This document shows positions 18,497-26,688 of a DNA stretch of 64,000 bases, piece after piece (positions within the stretch are counted from its first letter, which is position 1; each line of letters starts with the position of its first letter). The position numbers and the translations under genes were made by a program. The stretch covers positions 22,254-86,253 of the forward strand of contig CAYVHO010000004.1 in the NCBI GenBank assembly GCA_964451325.1, read 5' to 3'. The notes beneath the pieces were generated by a model. That model was not told the DNA's origin. It did not search any database and worked only from the letters and a program-made list of their open reading frames with translations. Origin of the DNA: an uncultured Nitrospira sp. (lineage in GTDB: Bacteria > Nitrospirota > Nitrospiria > SBBL01 > JAADHI01).

Positions 18497-18736
18497 ATGC
18501 CCGCCTATCATGTCGGTCTGGGTTTTGAATCGACTGAGGTTTTGTTGGATCAATCTCTGAAGTCAGAAGCCTGCAGTATGCACGCGAGTTGGTATTACAG
18601 TGCGCATGGCCGTTTGCAAATAGAGGCACGTCACCTCGATAGAGACAATGCCGATGACGGCCTTGAGGTCTTGTTTCAATGGAATATTGTCTTAGCACCA
18701 CACAGCGAAAAACCTTTTTTGAGTGTGTTGGAATAA
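18497..18736 (+). pseudogene. Possible 3' remnant of a disrupted gene. Its last 14 codons or so are duplicated at 19627-19672.
   Basis: Short ORF with no RBS. Its terminal segment ..APHSEKPFLSVLE* recurs almost identically (..SPQSEKPFLSVWE*) 0.9 kb downstream. Confidence 0.25.
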
Positions 18737-18794
18737 TCCAATAGAATTGTATCCAAATGAGTAATTCTGTCTTCTGGGCATTAGTCCATTTCAG

Positions 18795-18975
18795 TCACTC
18801 CCGCTTAGGAAATTACCTTACTTTAAATCCGCAGGAAAAGTGTCATTTCGACGAGGAATGAGGAGAAATCTTATGTTGTCTTCTGGCTTTTTAATCCAAA
18901 ATGATAAGATTTCTCTCCTCGTTCGAAATGACAGGGCTACTGCAAATCTGCAAGCGGAAGTTACTGGATTCATCT
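18795..18975. repeat. MITE-like nested inverted-repeat element, copy B.
   Basis: GTCATTTCGACGAGGAAtGAGGAGAAATCTTAT...ATAAGATTTCTCTCcTCGTTCGAAATGAC with a flanking AGTCACTCCCGCTT...AAGCGGAAGTTACT stem. Homologous to 12050-12240. Confidence 0.6.
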
Positions 18976-19282
18976 ACGAGAGGATATTTTTGATATTTCT
19001 TGAGATGTGCAATATGCGAATGATTTCAATTTCCTCGCCGCTTGGCCGGTAGAAGACAAGGTATTTTTTAAATCCCTTAATCGGGAAAAATCGTATATTT
19101 GAGAGCAAGCTATTTTGTGAAGGATAACATTCTCCCATTTTGGCTTGCTCAGATAACATCCGATAGGTCTCTTTTGCTGCATCGTACAGCCTTAATGCCG
19201 CATTGAGATTATCTTTAGCAATATGGAAGGCATGTTCATCTAAATCTTTTTCTGCCTCAATAAGAATCCTATAGGACAGCAT
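18974..19282 (-). CDS. parE: Type II toxin of the ParE/RelE family.
   Basis: 102 aa; stop-start adjacent to the upstream ParD-like gene; ParE-like sequence pattern. Confidence 0.72.
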   Translation of the reverse strand: MLSYRILIEAEKDLDEHAFHIAKDNLNAALRLYDAAKETYRMLSEQAKMGECYPSQNSLLSNIRFFPIKGFKKYLVFYRPSGEEIEIIRILHISRNIKNILS

Positions 19283-19525
19283 TTAATGCCCTATTCTTGA
19301 TTTCAGGGCCTTCTTTTTATTCTCCCAAAAAGCATCATCCGGTTTTATCGCTGTGCCGCTATGAAGTCCTTCCAACAACAAAGTATCCAGGTCTTCTTGC
19401 TCCCTTTGGTCGCTGCGTACCAAATCTCGTAGATAATCGCTTGCACTTGTGTATTTACCTGTTTTAATTTGAGAAGTAATCCATTCACGCATGTTTTCAG
19501 GTATGGAAATATTAAGTGTTGCCAT
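19283..19525 (-). CDS. parD: Type II antitoxin of the ParD/COG3609 family.
   Basis: 80 aa. N-terminal MATLNISIPENMREWITSQIKTGKYTSASDYLRDLVR matches the RHH ParD/addiction-module antidote pattern. RBS ggaggt upstream. Confidence 0.75.
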   Translation of the reverse strand: MATLNISIPENMREWITSQIKTGKYTSASDYLRDLVRSDQREQEDLDTLLLEGLHSGTAIKPDDAFWENKKKALKSRIGH

Positions 19526-19705
19526 CTATATACCTCCGTAGTAAAGACTTGTTCTTATTTGAAAAATAGTCTTTTCTGCCAATTGTTGTCAATAATTGGC
19601 TGGGTTTCCTGTACTGGAATATCAGCTTGTCACCACAGAGCGAAAAACCTTTTTTGAGTGTGTGGGAATAAATGAACGTTAAATTCCGCCACTATTCTAA
19701 TCTTT

Positions 19706-20749
19706 TCACATAATAAGTCGTCGTGAGAGATGAACGATGACAAGGGCATAGTGGACGGAGGTATTGTAGCGTGTGATGGCGCGAAAGTTTCCAAAAAGTG
19801 CGATGAGTTCCTTTTCATCCGGGTTAGGTTCAAAATACGAAAAGGATGTGAGGGTCTCTGCTTTTGCAGGGTAGGGGATTTCGACCCCCATTTTGATGGC
19901 TTCTGCTACAGAAATCGTTTTTCGAAAACCACGATTTAGCATTTTTTGCAGTTCGGGGGAGTCTTTGTAGATTTGAGCTGGCAGATAAAGTAGCTTGTCT
20001 TTTTCCCAGCCAAATTTTTTAAGATAATTCGCAACACTGGCAAAAATATCTTTTTTAGATTTCCAGAGATCGACTTTTCCATCTTGATCAAAATCAACTG
20101 CATATCTTAAAAAACTACTGGGGATAAATTGCGGCACGCCAAAAGCACCTGCATAAGAACTATTGATCGAAAAGGGATCGAGCTTTTCTTTGCGTGTCAG
20201 TTTTAAAAAGGAGATGATTTCGCCCCGATAAAACTTTTCGCGTCTGGGGTAAAGAAAAAAAGCCGTATTGAGCACGTCAAAGGCCCGATACCTTTCGATA
20301 CCCGGTTTTCCAAAACGGGTTTCAACACCCAAAATACTTGCAATAATTTCCTTTTCAACCCCGTAGACCGCTTCAACTTCTGAGAGGAGTTTATCGTGTT
20401 CGGCCAAATAAGCCCGGCCTTTTTCTATCATGTCTTTTTTGATGAAAATTTTACGATAGCGGTGAAAAGGGAGGTGTTCTGCGGGGCGATTAAATTTATC
20501 AATAATGTCTTTTTTGAAGACAACCTGTTTAAAAATGGCTTTTAATTCATCAGCCTTAAAATTGTGTTTTTCAGTGAGTTCTTTAATCAAGGCCTGATAT
20601 TTGGGATGCTCCAGTGGAATGCGATCCGGGCCTTCGGCAGCATAAACCGAATAAGCAGACAAAGATCCGAATAAAAGGAAAATAAAAACGCCCGTAAAGA
20701 TTAAGCGTATCTGTTTGGAAAAGTACAGGTCTATTCGCATTGTTTTCAT
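19706..20749 (-). CDS. mltB: Lytic murein transglycosylase (MltB family).
   Basis: Signal or TM N-terminus; conserved ..ETRFG.., ..SYAGAFGVPQFIPSS.. and ..DFDQDGK.. motifs of the MltB/SLT-2 family. Confidence 0.85.
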   Translation of the reverse strand: MKTMRIDLYFSKQIRLIFTGVFIFLLFGSLSAYSVYAAEGPDRIPLEHPKYQALIKELTEKHNFKADELKAIFKQVVFKKDIIDKFNRPAEHLPFHRYRKIFIKKDMIEKGRAYLAEHDKLLSEVEAVYGVEKEIIASILGVETRFGKPGIERYRAFDVLNTAFFLYPRREKFYRGEIISFLKLTRKEKLDPFSINSSYAGAFGVPQFIPSSFLRYAVDFDQDGKVDLWKSKKDIFASVANYLKKFGWEKDKLLYLPAQIYKDSPELQKMLNRGFRKTISVAEAIKMGVEIPYPAKAETLTSFSYFEPNPDEKELIALFGNFRAITRYNTSVHYALVIVHLSRRLIM

Positions 20750-20781
20750 CCTCTGTGTTTTATTAACCCATATATAGCATA

Positions 20782-22200
20782 TTAGGATTTTAATATTTTT
20801 GCCAAAGCTTTTTCTGCGGCATGTGAAAGGGCCGCGTCATGCACGTGATTGAGTGCATAAATCCGACACTGTGACAGGCTGACCGGAAAGGGACTGACAT
20901 ATTCATTTAAAGGATCTTTAGAGACATCTCCCGTGGAAGGGGTATAAACAAAGAGCTGACGTTCCCCCATTTCCAGCGGATCTCCTGGTCGGGGGTCTTG
21001 ACTTGCGATATCAACGCGAAATTCAAGCTTTTTGAGTGTTTTGGGTAAAAAGTGTCGAATGGTTCTGGTCAGTGTCTGCGGATCGATGTTTGGCTGTTTA
21101 TCTGTTTCGCTGGGGCTTAAGGTTGTGTCGTAAGCCATTTTCCATTTGACCTTTCTCAGAAGAATATTTTCCCATTCCTCATAGAGCCCACGTTTGACGA
21201 CAGATCGTGCTTTTCGCCAGGATTTGACTTCAAGCAGTAGTGACCAGTCGGTTAAATCGGCATAGGACTCAAGGTGGTCAAGCGGATTGTGAGGAAAGAC
21301 GGCTTTGATGGTTTTATAGAAAATATCTCTCATGTGCACATCAAGTGCACGTGTCGTGCGATGGTAGTACACATTAAAATAAAGGAAAGACCGTGCATTT
21401 AAAAACATGGTGAGGGCTGAAAGACCCGACTTGTGTAAAGTAAGCCCCTTCGGTGTAAAAAAACTGTAGTGGATGAGACGATTGATGTCTACCGGGCCAA
21501 CGGAGATCCCACACATAAAAGAATCGCGCAAGACATAGTCGAAGTTATCGGCGGTAAACATGCCGGAGAGCAAGGGTTTTAGAATGACGAGCCAACGAGG
21601 GTAGTGTTTCGGCGTAAGATACTTTTTGTCTTTGTGAATGAGAAAAGCGACCTGCTCTGGGTCAAGATATTCACCTGCTGCGAAGGCCCCACCCGGGCTG
21701 CGTTTTATTTTTTTAATGAGAGGGCCTAACTCCCGACAGATAATTTCCTGTCCTAATTTTTCATGGGTGAGTCCAAAACCTCTCAGGACGTTGTGATCAA
21801 AAAAATGACAAAAAGGCCCGTGGCCAATATCATGTAGCAGGACGGCGACACGAAGCAATGCTTCGATAAAAGCGGCCGAAGGGGTATCAGGAACGACTTC
21901 TTTGAGCGAGGGGTAAAGATGTTTTGCGAATCGACCTGCGACATGCATCGCCCCAATGGAATGCACAAAACGGCTGTGTTCCGCTGAGGGATAAACCCAA
22001 CGGGCGGATTGCAGTTGATAAATATAACGCAGACGTTGCATCCATTTGGAATCGATGAGGGCTTTTTCCGTGACTTCATCCGCTGATTCATAGGGGACGG
22101 TAAAGGGGATATAATTATGGATTGGATCGGCAAGCAACGATTGTCCGTTATAAAGCGCTTCTCGGCTACGGTGAAAACGGATATCGGTTATATCGTCCAT
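20782..22200 (-). CDS. HD-domain phosphohydrolase, dGTP triphosphohydrolase-like.
   Basis: HD motif ..AVLLHDIGHGPFCHFFDH.. in a 472-aa protein with dGTPase-like architecture. Confidence 0.7.
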   Translation of the reverse strand: MDDITDIRFHRSREALYNGQSLLADPIHNYIPFTVPYESADEVTEKALIDSKWMQRLRYIYQLQSARWVYPSAEHSRFVHSIGAMHVAGRFAKHLYPSLKEVVPDTPSAAFIEALLRVAVLLHDIGHGPFCHFFDHNVLRGFGLTHEKLGQEIICRELGPLIKKIKRSPGGAFAAGEYLDPEQVAFLIHKDKKYLTPKHYPRWLVILKPLLSGMFTADNFDYVLRDSFMCGISVGPVDINRLIHYSFFTPKGLTLHKSGLSALTMFLNARSFLYFNVYYHRTTRALDVHMRDIFYKTIKAVFPHNPLDHLESYADLTDWSLLLEVKSWRKARSVVKRGLYEEWENILLRKVKWKMAYDTTLSPSETDKQPNIDPQTLTRTIRHFLPKTLKKLEFRVDIASQDPRPGDPLEMGERQLFVYTPSTGDVSKDPLNEYVSPFPVSLSQCRIYALNHVHDAALSHAAEKALAKILKS

Positions 22201-22315
22201 GGGGGTTTAATCTTAAAATTTGTCTCGATCATAACCGATTGTTGTTCACACTCGCAAGTTGCAGCCGATCATTTTATTGTGCTAGAAAACATCGTCGTAA
22301 AAATGAGGAAGCTGT

Positions 22316-23434
22316 ATGTGCCATCATTTCAGAAATAACATCTTATGTTTTATTTTTTATGGATTCTGCGCCACTTTTTTTGTGGGATGTGAACCTGTTC
22401 CCGATAAACCTGCGGCCAGAGAAAAAATAAAAAAAGTCGAGGTTTTTATTGTTGAAGCAAAGGACTTTGAAGAAACGATTGTGACCTCTGCCGTGGCCGC
22501 TGCCCACATGGAATATCGTGTCAGCACGGAAGTGAGCGGTCTCCTCAAAGTAAAACATGCCGAATGGGGGCAGAGGGTCAAAAAAGGAGAGACCCTTTTT
22601 GAAATCGATTCGGAAGAATTTTCACTGATTTTAAAAGAGAAACAAGCGGCACTGACGCGTGCAGTGGCTCAGTTGGATTTTATGCGCGCAGAGCACAAAC
22701 GGAAAAAACCTTTATTGCAATCCAAGACGCTCTCTCAGGCGGGTTGGGAGAAACTTCAATTTGATCTGGCCTCTGCGATTTCACAAAAAAATCAAGCCCA
22801 GGTTGCATTGCATCAAGCCCAGCGTAATGTGCGATTAACGGTACTCAAAAGCCCAATTGACGGCATGATTCTAGAGGATTACCACGATAGGGGAGAAGTC
22901 ATCCCAGTGGGAACCACGCTTGCACGTATCGCCGATACAACTTGGATCAGCTTTGATGTGGGCGTTTCTGATTTGGAATTGCCTCATTTGAACCTGGGTG
23001 ATGTGGTTCCTGTCACAATTGATGCCCTGGGTCATCATAAACTCAAAGGAGAAATTACACGAATTTCTGGAAATGCGTCTCCGACTCGGGGGATTTTTCC
23101 GCTTGAAGTGACATTGAAAAATATTGAGCGGTCGATTTTACCGGGCATGGTCGCGCGTCTTCGACTTTCGGGGGAAAAACATGTGGCTCAGATCATTATT
23201 CCGATGATGGCGATTCATCAAGAGGCCGATACCCCCTTTGTTTTTTTAGTCCAAGATCAGAAGGCCGTAAAAAGACCCCTAAAACTCGGCAAGGTATTGG
23301 GAGATCGTGTGCTGATTCAAGAAGGTCTGAACACAGGGGACGCAGTTGTTTTAATTGCACAAGGTCGATTGAAAATAGGGGAGGTGCTTGAAGTGATTCA
23401 AGTCCCTGCAAAGTCACCCGTAAAAAACAGGTGA
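22316..23434 (+). CDS. RND/MFP-family periplasmic adaptor subunit lipoprotein; orphan, with no adjacent pump.
   Basis: Lipobox FFVGC. Has the coiled-coil hairpin, lipoyl-like and beta-barrel segments of HlyD/AcrA-like adaptors (..SPIDGMI.., ..PGMVARLRL..). Confidence 0.72.
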   Translation: MCHHFRNNILCFIFYGFCATFFVGCEPVPDKPAAREKIKKVEVFIVEAKDFEETIVTSAVAAAHMEYRVSTEVSGLLKVKHAEWGQRVKKGETLFEIDSEEFSLILKEKQAALTRAVAQLDFMRAEHKRKKPLLQSKTLSQAGWEKLQFDLASAISQKNQAQVALHQAQRNVRLTVLKSPIDGMILEDYHDRGEVIPVGTTLARIADTTWISFDVGVSDLELPHLNLGDVVPVTIDALGHHKLKGEITRISGNASPTRGIFPLEVTLKNIERSILPGMVARLRLSGEKHVAQIIIPMMAIHQEADTPFVFLVQDQKAVKRPLKLGKVLGDRVLIQEGLNTGDAVVLIAQGRLKIGEVLEVIQVPAKSPVKNR

Positions 23435-23472
23435 AAAAATGTGCATTTTTTCAAAAAAAAAGGTCTAAGTCC

Positions 23473-23501
23473 TTGACCTAGCAAATAAAGTTTGGTAATA
23501 G
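23473..23501 (+). promoter_or_regulatory. Candidate sigma70-type promoter upstream of the DUF3108-like gene.
   Basis: TTGACC, a 17-nt spacer, then TAATAG, about 45 nt upstream of the start codon. Confidence 0.25.
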
Positions 23502-23543
23502 TTTAACTATGTTTTATAAAGAAAGCCCTGATCAAAGAACCTA

Positions 23544-24374
23544 TTGCGACCTGAATGCCTTGTGAAAAATCGTTATTTTTTCTTTTTTTTAGCCTTTCTC
23601 TCTTTCTATTTCTCCAGCTACGTCACTTTAGTTGCTTCAGAGACTCCTGCTAGGACTGAGTCCTCGGATGTTGCCTACGGCCCGGGAGAACGTCTTGTTT
23701 ACAAGCTGAGTTATTTGGGGGTACCCGCAGGCAGTGCCGTCATGGAGGTCTTAAAAAAGACCTATGTGAATGGTCGGCCCGTGTATCCTGTGCTTTCAAC
23801 CGTGAAGTCGAATAAGTTTGTCTCTGCTTTTTATCCGGTCAAAGATCGCATCGAAACCCTTATTGACGTCGAAGATGGTTATTCTCACGGGATTAAAATT
23901 AATCAACGTCAGGGGCGCAAAAAAAGAGACAAGGTGATTAATTTTGACCAAGTGCGTCACCGCGCGACACAGTTTAAGAATAACAAAGTCGAAACATTTC
24001 AAATTCCTCCGAGGGTTCAGGATTCGCTCAGCTCGCTATATCACTTTAGGCGTCAGACGGTTTTTGAAGTCGGAAAGTCGACCTTCATTGATGTGCATGA
24101 AAGTAATAAAAACTGGGAACTTGAGATCAAAGTCCTTGCCAGAGAAAAAATTACAACAGCACTTGGAACCTTTAACACCTTTAAGGTGAAAGCCTACGTC
24201 CGTTATGAAGGCCTGTTTATGGACAAGGGGGATGTCACCCTTTGGCTCACCGACGATGCACGACATATTCCTGTTTTGATCAAAACAAAGATTAAAATTG
24301 GTTCGATCACCGCCGTTTTGGAATCTTCAGAGTCACCTACGCCGACCTATCAGGTCAAGGCAGATATTCAGTAA
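23544..24374 (+). CDS. Secreted DUF3108-like protein.
   Basis: Signal peptide. 276 aa of beta-rich sequence with (L/V)xYx(L/V) segments typical of DUF3108 periplasmic proteins. This is an assignment from memory, not verified. Confidence 0.45.
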   Translation: MRPECLVKNRYFFFFLAFLSFYFSSYVTLVASETPARTESSDVAYGPGERLVYKLSYLGVPAGSAVMEVLKKTYVNGRPVYPVLSTVKSNKFVSAFYPVKDRIETLIDVEDGYSHGIKINQRQGRKKRDKVINFDQVRHRATQFKNNKVETFQIPPRVQDSLSSLYHFRRQTVFEVGKSTFIDVHESNKNWELEIKVLAREKITTALGTFNTFKVKAYVRYEGLFMDKGDVTLWLTDDARHIPVLIKTKIKIGSITAVLESSESPTPTYQVKADIQ

Positions 24375-24392
24375 AAAAAAGTTAAAAAACAA

Positions 24393-24446
24393 GCTATCCA
24401 CCTCAGTTTTTACTTTATAAAAAACTGGGGTTTTTTATTTTTATGG
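24393..24446 (+). terminator. Probable rho-independent terminator after the DUF3108-like gene.
   Basis: CCACCTCAGTTTTTactttatAAAAACTGGGGttttttatttttat: a stem followed by a T-run. Confidence 0.4.
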
Positions 24447-24457
24447 GGTTTAAGAAA

Positions 24458-24610
24458 ATGAAAGTTACCTGTCCAAATTGTCAAAAAAAAGCAAAATGGG
24501 AGGAAAATCCAGATCGGCCCTTTTGCTCTAAACATTGCAAACTGATCGACCTCGGACATTGGGCCGAAGGAGATTATCGTGTGCCGGGCGAAGAAACCGA
24601 TGAAACTTGA
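24458..24610 (+). CDS. yacG: DNA gyrase inhibitor YacG, a small zinc-ribbon protein. Absent from the provided ORF track because it is under 60 aa.
   Basis: 50-aa [53 protein letters not shown] with the CxxC...CxxxC zinc ribbon and the conserved DLG(H/K)W motif of YacG. Confidence 0.65.
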   Translation: MKVTCPNCQKKAKWEENPDRPFCSKHCKLIDLGHWAEGDYRVPGEETDET

Positions 24611-24681
24611 ACCTGTGAAGGTGAGAAACGCGGAGGAATTTTTCAAATAATTGCCTCAATCGAACCCACATGTTATATTAA

Positions 24682-25221
24682 ATGAGTTGGCTTGAGTACG
24701 ACTTCTTCAAAATCAGGATAGAAAAAATGAGCGTCTTGATCTTAGGACTGCGAACAAAAAAATTCATTGTTTTTTCATTTTTGTTGAGTTTTCTATTTTC
24801 GGGGATCGGCGTTGTTCAAGGTCTTCCCATTTTTTTTACCGCAATCGCACACGCCCATCCTGTTTTTTTCTCAAGCGACTCACATCGCATTCGGCTTATT
24901 CTGCATCACCCTGGCAACCAGGATGGGCATGAACCCAGGAAACATACAAAACATCAGCACGATTTATTAGACCGTGTTATGGCCATCTCCGAAAAGGAGG
25001 GGCTTTCACACAGTGATCACGAGTTTGAAATATCCGCCGCCGAAGATATTTTTTCAGTCATCGCAAAAACGGATCTTCTCTCTGAGGTCTTGCAAAAACC
25101 CCTCGTGCAATCGACTCCTTTATTTTTTTCCGCGCAAAAAATAACGCGTTTTTCAGGGCGATCTCCGCCTGATATTTCGCGATATCATGAAATTCACGCC
25201 AGCACCATCCTCCTAATCTGA
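24682..25221 (+). CDS. Hypothetical His-rich protein upstream of czcCBA, possibly metal-associated.
   Basis: 179 aa; possible start at the internal MSVLILGL, which has a hydrophobic N-terminus. Contains His clusters (HAHPVFF, HHPGNQDGHEPRKHTKHQH). No recognised domain. Confidence 0.3.
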   Translation: MSWLEYDFFKIRIEKMSVLILGLRTKKFIVFSFLLSFLFSGIGVVQGLPIFFTAIAHAHPVFFSSDSHRIRLILHHPGNQDGHEPRKHTKHQHDLLDRVMAISEKEGLSHSDHEFEISAAEDIFSVIAKTDLLSEVLQKPLVQSTPLFFSAQKITRFSGRSPPDISRYHEIHASTILLI

Positions 25222-25299
25222 TTCTTCCAAAAAAAATCACGAACGCCAGCCTTTTCTCTTAGGGCTAAGGGCGTGCTGCCCCTTTTTTTGGAGGAATAC

Positions 25300-26655
25300 A
25301 TGTCTATTGTTATAACCGTACTATCATTTGCCCTATTTATTTTTCTGCCATCTTTAGATCTTTCATGGGCACAGGATTCGTCTGTCCTTCCTGAATCACC
25401 TTCGCTTGCACGCGGACTTCGCAGTATCCAAGCGGATGATGCCCATAAGGACTCGATTCTCCCCTCAACTTTCAGTGAACCGACAGGGATTATTAAGGTA
25501 GAGCAGGTACAGGCTTTCGCTTTAATGAATCATCCGGCGCTGCTTGCCGTTTCCTGGGAACTCCGTGCGCGTGACGCGGCGAGACTTCAGGCGGGTTTAT
25601 TGCCAAATCCCGTATTCGGTTTTGACATCGAAAATGTTATCGGAAGCGGTGCATTCAGTGGTACCGATGCCTCAGAAACAACACTGTCGGTCGAACAACG
25701 TTTTGAGACTGCGGACAAGCGGAGTAAACGAAAAAAAGTTGCCGAGTTGGAACGTGTCTTATTTGGCTGGGATTATGAAACCCTGAGGCTGGATTTATTC
25801 ACAGAAGTCTCTCAAATTTTTGTCGAAGTTTTAGGCGATCAGGAAAAAGTCTTACTGGCAGAGGATCTCTTAGCGCTTGCGGCACAAGTGGTCGATGTCG
25901 TTGAGCGGCGGGTGGATGCAGGTAAGGTTTCTCCCGTCGAAGCGGTGAAAGCGAAGGTTTCCCTTGCGTTATCAAAAATTGAATTGAGCCGAGCGGAACG
26001 CGAGCTCATTGCCTCCCGAAAATCCTTGGCCGCAATGTGGGGTAGCACAGATCCTCAGTTTAAATCGGTCGCGGGTCAACTCAAACCCAATGCACATTTG
26101 CAGTCTTTTGAAGAGCTGACTCCCCATCTTTCTCAAAATCCGGAATTGGCGCGATGGGATGCAGAATTGGCACAAAGGACTGCGGTGCTCGATTTGGAAA
26201 AAGCGAATGCGATTCCTGATGTGTCCTTTGGTGCAGGTTTCCGTCAATTTAATGAAACCGATGATAGCGCCTTACTTGCCGGTATCTCAATCGACTTGCC
26301 TGTTTTTGATCGAAACCAGGGCAATATTCAGAAAGCACGCGCACAACATTCAAAAGCACTTGCGGCGCGCCAGGCGACGGTGTTGCGTTTAAGAACCGGT
26401 TTGGCGCAGGCCTATCGGTTTTTGTCCACAACACACCTGGAAGCCGAAGGGCTGAAAAACGAGGTCTTGCCCGGCGCACAAAAGGCCTTTGACGCGGTGA
26501 GTGAAGGTTATCGGCTTGGAAAATTTGATTTGCTGGATGTCTTAGATGCACAACGCACGCTTTCGAAAGCCCGTGCACAATATCTGCAAACGCAAATCGA
26601 TTATCAGAAAGCAGTCTCTGATGTCGAGCGTTTGATTGCGGAAAAATTAAAGTAG
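25300..26655 (+). CDS. czcC: Outer-membrane efflux factor of the CzcC/TolC family.
   Basis: Start taken at MSIVITV.., after RBS ggagg. Signal peptide, two OEP-like halves, first gene of the czcCBA arrangement. Confidence 0.8.
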   Translation: MSIVITVLSFALFIFLPSLDLSWAQDSSVLPESPSLARGLRSIQADDAHKDSILPSTFSEPTGIIKVEQVQAFALMNHPALLAVSWELRARDAARLQAGLLPNPVFGFDIENVIGSGAFSGTDASETTLSVEQRFETADKRSKRKKVAELERVLFGWDYETLRLDLFTEVSQIFVEVLGDQEKVLLAEDLLALAAQVVDVVERRVDAGKVSPVEAVKAKVSLALSKIELSRAERELIASRKSLAAMWGSTDPQFKSVAGQLKPNAHLQSFEELTPHLSQNPELARWDAELAQRTAVLDLEKANAIPDVSFGAGFRQFNETDDSALLAGISIDLPVFDRNQGNIQKARAQHSKALAARQATVLRLRTGLAQAYRFLSTTHLEAEGLKNEVLPGAQKAFDAVSEGYRLGKFDLLDVLDAQRTLSKARAQYLQTQIDYQKAVSDVERLIAEKLK

Positions 26656-26688
26656 GGGTGAGTCATATCACCGGAAGGAGATTTTAAA

